NCBI GenBank assembly: GCA_041615815.1
Contig: JBFJCP010000004.1
Location: forward strand, 85,379-149,378
Origin: Gemmatimonadales bacterium
Lineage (GTDB): Bacteria > Gemmatimonadota > Gemmatimonadetes > Gemmatimonadales > GWC2-71-9
Length of the DNA stretch: 64,000 nucleotides
Direction of reading: 5' to 3'
Shown: positions 27,271 through 35,931 of the stretch, in pieces
Layout: each line of letters opens with the position of its first letter
Numbering within the stretch: position 1 is the stretch's first letter
The notes under the pieces: generated by a model
Seen by the model: only the letters and a program-made list of their open reading frames with translations
Database searches by the model: none
What the model was told of the DNA's origin: nothing
Position numbers and translations under genes: made by a program

Positions 27271-28536
27271 ATGGAGCTCGAACTCTCGTCACGGGACCGC
27301 GCCATGCTCGCGGGCGACCTCGGGCCCGCGTCGCGGCTGGCCATGCGCATTCTCGTCAGGATGGCAGCCATTTGGCGGGCCGCGTCGTTGTTGGACATCA
27401 CCGGCGCCCACATCGACAGCGCGTTGTACGTAGGTGACGCCACCCTGGAGTATGCCGAGCACCTCGCCGAGCTCGGGGCCCGCGTCGCCGTCCCTACCAC
27501 CCTCAATGTGAGTGGCGTGGATACCGCTGCATGGCAGGAGTGGGCTGTCCCACCCGATTGGGCAGCCAAGGCGCATCGCCAGATGGTGGCATACGAGGCC
27601 ATGGGCTGCCGCAGTACCTGGACGTGCGCGCCCTACCAATCCGAACCGCGGCCGGCGTTCGGCGATCAGATCGCGTGGGGCGAATCCAGTGCCATCGTGT
27701 TTGCCAACTCGGTACTGGGCGCACGAACGGAGCGATACCCCGACCTCCTCGACATCTGCGCCGCCATCACCGGACGCGTTCCGGCCGTCGGCCTCCATCT
27801 CACCGAGCACCGAGCCGGAACGGTCCTCATCCGCCTCGCGGAGCTTTCGGAGCGTATTCAACAGGACGACGCCTTTTTTCCAGTGCTCGGCCATCTGGTG
27901 GGGAGCGCGGTGCAGGGTGGGGTGCCCGTCTTGGCAGGTCTGGCCACCCACCCCACCGAGGATCAGCTCAAGGCGCTGGGCGCGGCCATGGCCTCCTCAG
28001 GCGCCGTCGCCCTCTTTCATGTGGTTGGCGTAACCCCCGAGGCCACGACCCAGGCTGCCGCGTTCCACGGCATGGCGCCGCCGCGGGAAATCACGGTCTC
28101 GCTCGCCGATTTGCGGGATGCGCGCCGCGACTTGGACACGGCCCACGGAGCGAAACTGGACATGGTCGTGCTCGGCAGCCCCCATTTCTCGTTCACCGAA
28201 TTCCAACGTCTTGCGGAGTTGGTGGCGGGGACCACCCGGCACCCAGCGGTGCGCGTGCTGATCACGACGGGTCGCGGCGTGAAGCTGATGGCGGAGCGCG
28301 CCGGATTGCTGGAGCCGTTGGAACGGTTTGGGGCGGAGCTCGCGGTGGATACGTGTATCCTCACCAGCCCAATGTTACCGGACCACGTCCGTGTGCTGAT
28401 GACGAACTCGGCGAAGTACGCCTATTACACGCCAAGCCTCTTGGGCCGTCAGATGGCGTTCGGCGGACTTCGGGACTGTGTCCGGTCCGCCGTGGCGGGG
28501 CGCGTCGAGCACGACGAGGAGTCGTGGCGCGAATAG
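27271..28536 (+). CDS. Aconitase X large/catalytic subunit (DUF521)
   Basis: AHIDS, VPTTLN, TWTCAPY, AWGESSAIVFANSVLGART, LKALGAAMASSG, HVVGVTPEA, LGSPH, DTC, TNSAKYAYY. Confidence 0.9.
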   Translation: MELELSSRDRAMLAGDLGPASRLAMRILVRMAAIWRAASLLDITGAHIDSALYVGDATLEYAEHLAELGARVAVPTTLNVSGVDTAAWQEWAVPPDWAAKAHRQMVAYEAMGCRSTWTCAPYQSEPRPAFGDQIAWGESSAIVFANSVLGARTERYPDLLDICAAITGRVPAVGLHLTEHRAGTVLIRLAELSERIQQDDAFFPVLGHLVGSAVQGGVPVLAGLATHPTEDQLKALGAAMASSGAVALFHVVGVTPEATTQAAAFHGMAPPREITVSLADLRDARRDLDTAHGAKLDMVVLGSPHFSFTEFQRLAELVAGTTRHPAVRVLITTGRGVKLMAERAGLLEPLERFGAELAVDTCILTSPMLPDHVRVLMTNSAKYAYYTPSLLGRQMAFGGLRDCVRSAVAGRVEHDEESWRE

Positions 28537-28937
28537 GGGGAGAGCCGGTGGTACCGGGCGAGGTGAGTGGGGAGCTCCTGGTGGGTCGGGCGCCCATCAG
28601 CTTTTGGGGCGGATACGACCCCGCCACGGGGACCATCATCGATCGACGTCACCCGTTGGCGGGTACCGTGGCGAGCGGACGCATTCTCGCCATCCCCGGG
28701 ACGAGGGGCTCCAGCACGACAACCGCCATCCTGCTGGAAGCCATTCGGGCTGGCACGGCTCCCGCCGCGATCGTGACGGCGGGCGTCGATGGGTTCGTAG
28801 CTCTCGCCGCCATCGTGGCCGAGGAGCTCTTTGATCGGACCATCGCGGTGGTGGCGCTGGAGCCCACGGCGTTCGCGGCGCTCCCAGACTGCGGCCGGGC
28901 TCACGTGAGCTCCGACGGAACGATCGACCTGACCTAG
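28524..28937 (+). CDS. Aconitase X small/swivel subunit (DUF126)
   Basis: ISFWGGYDPATGTIIDRRHPLAG, RGSSTT; GTG after GAGGAG, overlapping the large-subunit stop. Confidence 0.88.
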   Translation: MARIGGEPVVPGEVSGELLVGRAPISFWGGYDPATGTIIDRRHPLAGTVASGRILAIPGTRGSSTTTAILLEAIRAGTAPAAIVTAGVDGFVALAAIVAEELFDRTIAVVALEPTAFAALPDCGRAHVSSDGTIDLT

Positions 28938-30499
28938 CCCTCTGGACTCCGGCGTGCCGGCCGACAGGGAATCCACTGCCGCGGCTCCCCCGTTCGCGGG
29001 TCTGTGGGGAGGACGGAGCGGTCGCGCGGCACTCGTTCGGGATCTTCCGACGCCAGGTATGCCAGCATCGCCGCCAACGTCGCGTTGTTCTTGAGATCGT
29101 CGAAGATGATCTTGTCGTACGTATCGCGGTTGGTGTGCCAGGTGTATTGCCGGTAGTCGGGATAATGAGACTGAAGGCGAAATCCCGGAGCCCCGTGACA
29201 GAGGAAGGACACGTGATCGCTGCCGCCGAACTCCTGAGGTCCGGGGAAGTCCAGTTCGATGTGCCCGCTGATCTCCGGTGGAATCTGCGCGATCCATCGG
29301 GCCACGTTGCCCGCGGCTTTTCCCAATCCCTGCGTTTGGAGGTACTCGATCCGCCACGTGCCATTGTCCTGGTTGAAGAGCACCTGGAGGTTTTGCACGA
29401 TTTCCGGATGATCCTCCGTGAATGCCCGGGATCCGATGAGGCCCAGCTCTTCACCACCCCAATGACCCACGAGGATGGTGCGCCGGGGGCGGGGGTAGGC
29501 GGTCCCGAGGAGGCGCATCGCCTCGAGCATCGTAATGGTACCGGTGCCGTTGTCCGTGGCCCCGGTGGCACCGTGCCAGGAGTCGAGATGCGCGGACAGC
29601 ATGACGTACTCATTGGGAAGCTCGGTTCCGCGGAGCTCAGCAAGCACGTTGAACATTGGCACGGTACCCAGCAACTCGCTATCGGCGTGGATCCGAACGC
29701 GCGGCCCTTGATTGTTGCTGGTTAACCGGTAGAGCAGCCCGTAGTCTTCGCAGCTCAGATCGATCGATACCGCCTCTCTCGTATCGGCATCGAAAATCTT
29801 GTTGACACCCCAACCGGCGGACCATCGTGACGTGAGGATCCCCTGGGCGCCGGCGTCCTCCATCCGCCGATGGGCCTGCTGGGTACCTCCCAGCATATTG
29901 ATTCGCGATCGCCAGGTCTCGCGTAGGCTGTCTCGAGTTTCGTCGAGTCGAGCCACGGTTTCAGCCGTCGCGAGCCGCTCGACGGCCTGTGGTTCGCGGC
30001 AGCTTGGCTGCGGTGCCGAGGCGAGCACGAACTTCCCGCGGACGCTGGCGAGCCAGGTGTCCGCCTCCTGGCGGGATCCGAGTGGCGGGATGACCGCGAG
30101 GTCCGCTTCGATAGGGCCGTCCGTTCCCGGGCTCCACGCGAGAAGCTCGGCTTCGAGTGTCTGGACGCGCGGCGCGACGAGGTCGACGTGCAGAATCCCT
30201 TGCCGCCAGCCCCGCCACGTGCCGTATTGCTCCTTACGAACTTGGATCCCCCAGCCGGAGTAGGTCCTGACCAGCCAATCGGTGGCTGCCTGGAAATTGG
30301 CGGTTCCGGAGAGGCGCGGCCCGATCGAGTCCATGAGGACCTGGGCGAGTTGCTCCGTCTGGGAGCGTTCCATCCCCTCGAGCCAGAGCTGCCGGATGAC
30401 GGGGTCCTCGGTGCGGAACGTCTGCGCGCTGGTCGTGGCGGGCCACGAGACGACCGCGGCGATAACGATGGCCAGTGCCCCACGGAAAAGGCTTGGCAT
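28934..30499 (-). CDS. Secreted M28 family aminopeptidase
   Basis: Signal peptide; IGPRLSG, SAHLDSW, GATDNGTG, GEELGLIGS, NQD, GSDH, WHTNRDT; GGAGG SD. Confidence 0.92.
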   Translation of the reverse strand: MPSLFRGALAIVIAAVVSWPATTSAQTFRTEDPVIRQLWLEGMERSQTEQLAQVLMDSIGPRLSGTANFQAATDWLVRTYSGWGIQVRKEQYGTWRGWRQGILHVDLVAPRVQTLEAELLAWSPGTDGPIEADLAVIPPLGSRQEADTWLASVRGKFVLASAPQPSCREPQAVERLATAETVARLDETRDSLRETWRSRINMLGGTQQAHRRMEDAGAQGILTSRWSAGWGVNKIFDADTREAVSIDLSCEDYGLLYRLTSNNQGPRVRIHADSELLGTVPMFNVLAELRGTELPNEYVMLSAHLDSWHGATGATDNGTGTITMLEAMRLLGTAYPRPRRTILVGHWGGEELGLIGSRAFTEDHPEIVQNLQVLFNQDNGTWRIEYLQTQGLGKAAGNVARWIAQIPPEISGHIELDFPGPQEFGGSDHVSFLCHGAPGFRLQSHYPDYRQYTWHTNRDTYDKIIFDDLKNNATLAAMLAYLASEDPERVPRDRSVLPTDPRTGEPRQWIPCRPARRSPEG

Positions 30500-30594
30500 G
30501 CGACTATCCTCCCTGCTCGGTGGGTTCGTGAGTGGTGCAAAGCTACCAAGCGGAGGGGGCGGGGGGTACGCGTGACGGGAGGACCCCGGGGGGG

Positions 30595-30623
30595 TTGCCA
30601 CAATAGATGTATATACATATACT
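30595..30623 (+). promoter_or_regulatory. sigma70-type promoter TTGCCA-17-TATACT with overlapping palindromic operator ATGTATATACAT (30607-30618)
   Basis: Exact 17-nt spacer; perfect 12-bp palindrome; ATG 6 nt after the -10 box (leaderless). Confidence 0.75.
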
Positions 30624-30629
30624 AACCCC

Positions 30630-31079
30630 ATGGTGCCTTCGCGATCTACCTCATCGCTCCCAACCCTCCCGTGCGCGTGTGCGAGCCTCCGACGTGCGAC
30701 GCGGGCTGTCACCCAGCTCTACGATGCGAGACTCCGCGAGGTGGGTCTCCGCGCCACGCAGTTCACGTTGCTCCAGACCCTGCAGCGGGCCAAACGACTC
30801 ACCCAGGGCGAATTGGGTACGCTCTTGGCGTTGGACTCCACGACGCTGTCACGCACGCTGGCACCGTTGGAGTCCAGGGGATGGATTCGGGCTCACGTTG
30901 GGGAGGATCGGCGTGAGCGCCACTGGACGCTCACGGCGCGGGGTCGGCAGGTGTACCAGGAGGGGCTTGCGGCGTGGGAGGGGGCGCAGAAGCGGTTGCG
31001 TGCGATCCTCGGGCCCAGGCGGTGGGAGCAACTGTTGACGCTGTCGACGGACGCGACGCTGGCCGCTCACCACGCGTAG
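30630..31079 (+). CDS. MarR family transcriptional regulator
   Basis: CACASLRRATRAVTQLYD, TQFTLL, LDSTTLSRTL, DRRER..LT..G. Confidence 0.93.
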   Translation: MVPSRSTSSLPTLPCACASLRRATRAVTQLYDARLREVGLRATQFTLLQTLQRAKRLTQGELGTLLALDSTTLSRTLAPLESRGWIRAHVGEDRRERHWTLTARGRQVYQEGLAAWEGAQKRLRAILGPRRWEQLLTLSTDATLAAHHA

Positions 31080-31101
31080 CGGCTTCTTTGCCGGTGGAAA
31101 C

Positions 31102-31113
31102 ATGTATATACAT
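31102..31113. promoter_or_regulatory. Second copy of operator ATGTATATACAT
   Basis: Identical palindrome 15 nt upstream of the next start codon. Confidence 0.7.
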
Positions 31114-31128
31114 CCAATCGGAGGCCCG

Positions 31129-31656
31129 ATGCAGCTCGATGTGAAGCTCCCCATTTCGATCGCCATGAGCATGGTGTCGTTTGGACTGATCGCGCGATGG
31201 TATCTGTGGCCCTGGTTGCGCCGCGTGCCCCCGGCGGACGCGCTCACCCCCATTCTCTTGTTTCACTCCTTCCGCCACATCGGGCTCGCGTTTCTGGTGC
31301 CGGGGGTGACGGCGGTGACGTTGGATCCACGATTCGCTGGGCCCGCGGCCTATGGCGACCTCCTCGCCGCCGTCCTGGCTCTTGGCGCGGCGGTGATGCT
31401 TCGGGCAGGTTGGCCGGGTGCGCTCGGGCTCGTTTGGGTATTCAACCTGGAAGGCACCGTGGATTTGCTGCACGCGGTCTATCAAGGGTTCCGCCTCACG
31501 CCGGACGGTCATCTGGGAGCGACGTACTTCATCCCGGCGGTGGTGGTTCCCGCGCTGCTGGTCACGCACGCGGTCGTCTTCGTGCTCCTCGTTCGGTATG
31601 CCCGCGCGCGCGCGCGTCAGGCGCTCGATGCGCCGTCGGCTCAACCGGTGGCGTGA
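31129..31656 (+). CDS. Hypothetical integral membrane protein (about 5 TM)
   Basis: ATG after GGAGG; hydrophobic helices with polar motifs HSFRH, YGD, FNLEG..DL, VP.LLVTH. Confidence 0.8.
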   Translation: MQLDVKLPISIAMSMVSFGLIARWYLWPWLRRVPPADALTPILLFHSFRHIGLAFLVPGVTAVTLDPRFAGPAAYGDLLAAVLALGAAVMLRAGWPGALGLVWVFNLEGTVDLLHAVYQGFRLTPDGHLGATYFIPAVVVPALLVTHAVVFVLLVRYARARARQALDAPSAQPVA

Positions 31657-31675
31657 GCGGCCAGACGACAGCCCC

Positions 31676-32491
31676 TCACGGGGCAGCGCAGCGGAACCCG
31701 ATCAAGATGTGGCGTGACGCGGGTGGGCGGCCGTGGCGAAACGCGCAGCGACAGGTTCCGGGCGCGTCGTCCCACGAGCAGCCTTTGAGCGTGGCGCGCC
31801 CGCCGCCGAAGTCGGAGCTCGTCCACTCGAACACGTTGCCGGCGAGATCGCGAACGCCGCGCGGCGTGGCGCCCGCGGGGTGCGCCGTCACCGGAGCGGT
31901 GAAGGTCGTGTCCACATGGGCAGCATCCGGCCGCCAGGCGTCGCCCCAGGGGAACCGCCGGCCCTCGGGCCCTCGGCACGTTGCTTCCCACTCCTCCTCC
32001 GTGGGGAGGCGTTTCCCCCGCCACGCGCAGTAGGCGCGCGCATCCTCATGAGTAACGAGCACCACCGGGTGCTCCAGCAGCGCCGAATCCGGACCGCCAG
32101 CGCGCCACAGGAACGGGGCAACCTCGGTGTACGGGTGCACCAGAAACCCCTGCGCCCGGTACTCGGTCTCGGAGATGAACGGGGGAGGACGCCGCGTGGC
32201 ACGCACGAAGGCCGAGTAGGCGCGTTGGGTCACGGGGGTCCGGTCGATGCCGAACGCCGCGAGACGAACCGTGTAGGGCGTTCGTTCCCAGGCGTCGTAC
32301 CAGCGCGCCTGTCCCACGTCCGGCGGCGACAGCTCGTAACCCGCCGCCCGCTCGGCCGCGTCGCTGCCCAGCCGATAGCTGCCCGCTGGGATCGGAACGG
32401 AGTCGGGTCCCACGGGCGCCGCCTCGCGCCCGCAGGCCGTGGCCGCCAAGCCGAGGAAGAATCCCAGCTGTACACGAGCCTTTCGCATCAT
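31676..32491 (-). CDS. Formylglycine-generating-enzyme (SUMF1/EgtB/PvdO) family lipoprotein
   Basis: Lipobox ATA-C; PVT, HPVV, RLPTEEEWE, FPWG, DLAGNVFEW, GFRC. Confidence 0.88.
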   Translation of the reverse strand: MMRKARVQLGFFLGLAATACGREAAPVGPDSVPIPAGSYRLGSDAAERAAGYELSPPDVGQARWYDAWERTPYTVRLAAFGIDRTPVTQRAYSAFVRATRRPPPFISETEYRAQGFLVHPYTEVAPFLWRAGGPDSALLEHPVVLVTHEDARAYCAWRGKRLPTEEEWEATCRGPEGRRFPWGDAWRPDAAHVDTTFTAPVTAHPAGATPRGVRDLAGNVFEWTSSDFGGGRATLKGCSWDDAPGTCRCAFRHGRPPASRHILIGFRCAAP

Positions 32492-32614
32492 GCCCCCTGA
32501 TGCACGCCGGACCGTCCCGCCACTCACGGGAGCGCCGTGGCGAACGGCGTAATCGGTAGATAAGATTGGGAGCACAATTTGCGTTTTCCCCGTGAATCCT
32601 CTGGAGGAGGTCCT

Positions 32615-33409
32615 ATGTCCAAGCGCGTACTGGCTGTCGCCCCTTTGGCGCTGGCACTTGCCCTGCCGCCGTCCACGGTGGCGCAGGAGGCTCAAGCGCC
32701 AACGATGTTCTACATCGTCCAAGATCAAGTGAAACCCCCGATGATCGCGGAGTACGAGACCGCGTCGAAGGCCTTCATCAAAGACCTCGCCGCCACCGCG
32801 GGGATCGAAGGCATCCAGTGGACGGCCGTGAGCGGGATGGAAGTGGGCTACATCTATGTGGTGCCGGTCAAGGATTTCGCCGACCTTGGGAAAGCATTCC
32901 AAAAGTGGGAAGGCGCCGGTGAGAAGATGGGTATGGCCAAGTGGCAAGAGCACATGGCCCGGAGCCAGGCGATGGTCGATCACACGGCCACCTCGATCCT
33001 GGCGCTGCGCAACGATCTGTCCTATATGCCAGAGACTGCCGCCTTCACCACGGAACGGCCCTATCGCCACTATGCCTGGTGGTACGTGATCCCGGGCAAG
33101 GAGCAGGCGATCGAGGCGGTGGCCAAGGAATTCGTCGATCTCTACAAGACCCGTAACATCCAGACGGGATGGCGCATCTACCAGCATGTGGTGGGTCCCG
33201 ATCTTCCGATGTACCTCGTGGTGGAAACAGCCGAGAACGCGGCTGCGTTCGAGGCGCGTACTGCGAAGATCCGCGAGACGCTCGGCGAGGCCGGCATGCG
33301 TCTCGAACAGAAGGCCATGAAGTTAGCGCGCCGCGTCGAGATCAACGATGCGTGGATACGGCCGGATCTCTCGTTCCCACAGGAAACGCAGTACGGGCAG
33401 CGCCCATAA
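32615..33409 (+). CDS. Secreted hypothetical protein with internal duplication (NIPSNAP/dimeric-barrel-like)
   Basis: GGAGGAGG SD; signal peptide TVA-QE; two halves each with VxP..E...K.F and RxDLS[YF]. Confidence 0.75.
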   Translation: MSKRVLAVAPLALALALPPSTVAQEAQAPTMFYIVQDQVKPPMIAEYETASKAFIKDLAATAGIEGIQWTAVSGMEVGYIYVVPVKDFADLGKAFQKWEGAGEKMGMAKWQEHMARSQAMVDHTATSILALRNDLSYMPETAAFTTERPYRHYAWWYVIPGKEQAIEAVAKEFVDLYKTRNIQTGWRIYQHVVGPDLPMYLVVETAENAAAFEARTAKIRETLGEAGMRLEQKAMKLARRVEINDAWIRPDLSFPQETQYGQRP

Positions 33410-33442
33410 CCGCTACCCGTCGACAAAACATTGCCGGCAAAT

Positions 33443-33472
33443 AGGGCAGCCCCTTTGGGGCTGCCCTTCTTT
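33443..33472 (+). terminator. Rho-independent terminator
   Basis: AGGGCAGCCCC-ttt-GGGGCTGCCCT followed by TCTTT. Confidence 0.8.
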
Positions 33473-33525
33473 GTCGTTCCGGTCGGTCCGTCGCTGCAGC
33501 CTTTCCCTCCGTCTATCCCGCTGTC

Positions 33526-35772
33526 TCACCAAATGAACGTGTGAGTGTACTTGATCAGAAGCACGCGCTGCTGTGAGGCGGGAAGCCGTGGACCGACCAC
33601 GACGCTCCGCTCGGTGTTGAGCGTCTCGGTATAGACGATCCAAAGGTCTTGGCCTTCTCGGAAGTTGTAGCGCAGACGTGCATTGAGGTTGACGTCATCG
33701 TCAGCACTGTTGTACTGCAGAAACGTGGCGAGCGATAGATGAATGTCGAGCGCGGTCTGCACGCGGAGCCGGCCGAGGTGAACATCGAGTGCTTCGTCCC
33801 GATCGGGGAAGCGGATGGCATCGAATTGGTACTCCAGCCCAAGTTCGAGATGGCGAGAGGGATTCCAGGCTGGATTGAATCCCAGCGAGACTCGGCTGCC
33901 GTCGTAGAAGCTCCCGGCACTCACGGTGAAGCTGGGCCGGAGCCGGGCGGCGCGAGAGGCTTGGACCCGCAGCTCGCCTTCATGGAACCAATAGTTGCCG
34001 GGAAGGACGGGCGCACCGTCCGCCACATCGAACGTCTCCAGCACACTCTCGTAGCTGTTCTTGGCCGTCACCGTGATCTCCGCGCCGTTCTTGAGTTCCG
34101 TTTCAAGAGCAGGCTCGATGGATGCCGACTCCACGGTGCGGTCTGGGTTGCGGATGACGGTGTGGCCACGGTTCGCGATGCCCATGGTCCGAAACGGCGA
34201 GCGCGGCCCGGGGAACCACTGGTACTGCAGCCGATTCTGCAGTGACGTAAAGTCAGACCGCGTCTGGAAGCCCACGCCAGGGTCGTAGGATTCGCCTGAG
34301 CGGATGAATTCGGCGGAGTAGCTGAACCCGTTCTGGTCCCGCCGCTCCCACCGCGCGAGATAGAGGGCGGCGCTCGGGTCGCCGAACGTCGGGCCGGCCG
34401 ACGCGGCGGTCTGCGCCCACTTGAGGATCAGGTACTCGTCTCCCACCACTCGGACACTGGCGTCCACGCCGGTGGCAACGTTGTAATCCCCGTCCTGCGT
34501 CACGCGGGTGGTGACCATGCCCCCGATGGTTGAAAAAGAATTGAACACCTGCCGTCGGAGACGCAGGACGCCGAAGTTCTCCGATGGGAGCCCCTGCGCG
34601 GACGCCGTCTGCATCGTGAGGAATCCGAGGTCGGTGTTGCCGGCGCGCCCCACGAGGCGAACGCCCCCCAAGAGGCGAATGGGCTCTTCGTCCACCAAGC
34701 CGATCCGCCGGCTGTGGAACAGCCGATCCCTTCCACCGGTGTTGAACTCGAAAATTGCCGAGCGCTCCTGGAAGAACTGGCGTTTCTCTGGGAAGAAGAG
34801 CGAAAACCGTGTCAGATTGACCTGCTGGTCGTCCACCTCGACCTGGGCGAAGTCCGTATTTACCGTGACGTCGAGGGCGAGGTTGTTGGTCGGGCTGTAC
34901 CGCACGTCCAGCCCAATCTCTCGCGTCATGTCACGCTCGAACTCGTACTGGCTGGCCCCATCCTCGAGCTGGGCTACCCGATCCACCCCGCCCAACGCGT
35001 ACGGGGTGACGTAGAGCGGCCGGTGGCCGTAGACCCCCTCGAGCACGATCCGTTGCGCCTGGGATGGCTTGGCAAAGGCCATGGCCCAGTTGGGGGGGAT
35101 CGCGGGGAACAGTTGTCGCTCGTTCTTTCGCGCGATGAAGCGATAGAGAATCATTCCCATTTCCACCCGACCGTTCGAGTCCTGGAATCCCAGGCTCGAG
35201 AACGGAATCCGCATCTCCGCAAACCATCCATCGTCGTTGTGCGTGGTGGCGGCGTCCCAGAACGTGTTCCAGTCTGCGTTCATGGGCATCCCTCCTCGGA
35301 ACTCAGCGTCGTTGGAGAGCGAACGGTCCGTGCGGGTACCGCCGGGGTTCACCACGAACCAGGATGCGGTCTCATAGTCATTGTACGTGTCCAAGACGAT
35401 GGCGAGGAGGTCGTCGCCACTGTACTGATCGCGGTACAGCGTATTGGTGCGGATTCCCCGCGGATTCGAGTCGTAGAGCCGGCCGGACACGTAAAGATGG
35501 CTGTCGTTGTGCGCCACCCGGATCTCGCTTCGCTCGGTCACGTCGGCACCGAAGGTGGGCGTGAACATCGTCATGGGGAGGGGATCGATGCGGTCCCACG
35601 CCGCCTCGTCTGGCATCCCATCCAGCGTGATGGGATCGGACAGGCGAGGAATGACCATGGGTGCGGACTGCGCCGACCCATAGGACGGCGTCACGAGCAT
35701 GAGCGCCACCGGCAAGCCGATGACCTGCCACCAGTGGCGCGATCGGGAGGGGAGAGGACGACCGATGGGCAC
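33526..35772 (-). CDS. CBM9-like/DUF5916 outer membrane protein; start approximate
   Basis: ITLDG.PDE..W, GWFAEMRIPFSSL, TVNTDFAQVEVD, FSLFFPEKRQFF, LFHSRRIGL, aromatic C-terminus KYTHTFIW. Confidence 0.85.
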   Translation of the reverse strand: MPIGRPLPSRSRHWWQVIGLPVALMLVTPSYGSAQSAPMVIPRLSDPITLDGMPDEAAWDRIDPLPMTMFTPTFGADVTERSEIRVAHNDSHLYVSGRLYDSNPRGIRTNTLYRDQYSGDDLLAIVLDTYNDYETASWFVVNPGGTRTDRSLSNDAEFRGGMPMNADWNTFWDAATTHNDDGWFAEMRIPFSSLGFQDSNGRVEMGMILYRFIARKNERQLFPAIPPNWAMAFAKPSQAQRIVLEGVYGHRPLYVTPYALGGVDRVAQLEDGASQYEFERDMTREIGLDVRYSPTNNLALDVTVNTDFAQVEVDDQQVNLTRFSLFFPEKRQFFQERSAIFEFNTGGRDRLFHSRRIGLVDEEPIRLLGGVRLVGRAGNTDLGFLTMQTASAQGLPSENFGVLRLRRQVFNSFSTIGGMVTTRVTQDGDYNVATGVDASVRVVGDEYLILKWAQTAASAGPTFGDPSAALYLARWERRDQNGFSYSAEFIRSGESYDPGVGFQTRSDFTSLQNRLQYQWFPGPRSPFRTMGIANRGHTVIRNPDRTVESASIEPALETELKNGAEITVTAKNSYESVLETFDVADGAPVLPGNYWFHEGELRVQASRAARLRPSFTVSAGSFYDGSRVSLGFNPAWNPSRHLELGLEYQFDAIRFPDRDEALDVHLGRLRVQTALDIHLSLATFLQYNSADDDVNLNARLRYNFREGQDLWIVYTETLNTERSVVVGPRLPASQQRVLLIKYTHTFIW

Positions 35773-35931
35773 GAGCGAATTATCACCCCTTCGCGAGGGA
35801 GGCGCTACGGGGACCTCGGTGAACCGGGGTTGACAGTGCCGATGTGGTAGTGTCACTTGAGCTTCCTTACACCATTTACCGGATCCGCGAGGTGCTCGGG
35901 ACCGAGGCCCTCCGGAAGGGACCCGTCGCTC

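Noticed and set aside
27531-28523. 468-aa ORF overlapping AcnX large subunit, suggesting a frameshift fusion
   Set aside because: Only the last 137 codons are DUF126 and they have their own SD and GTG; no slippery site seen
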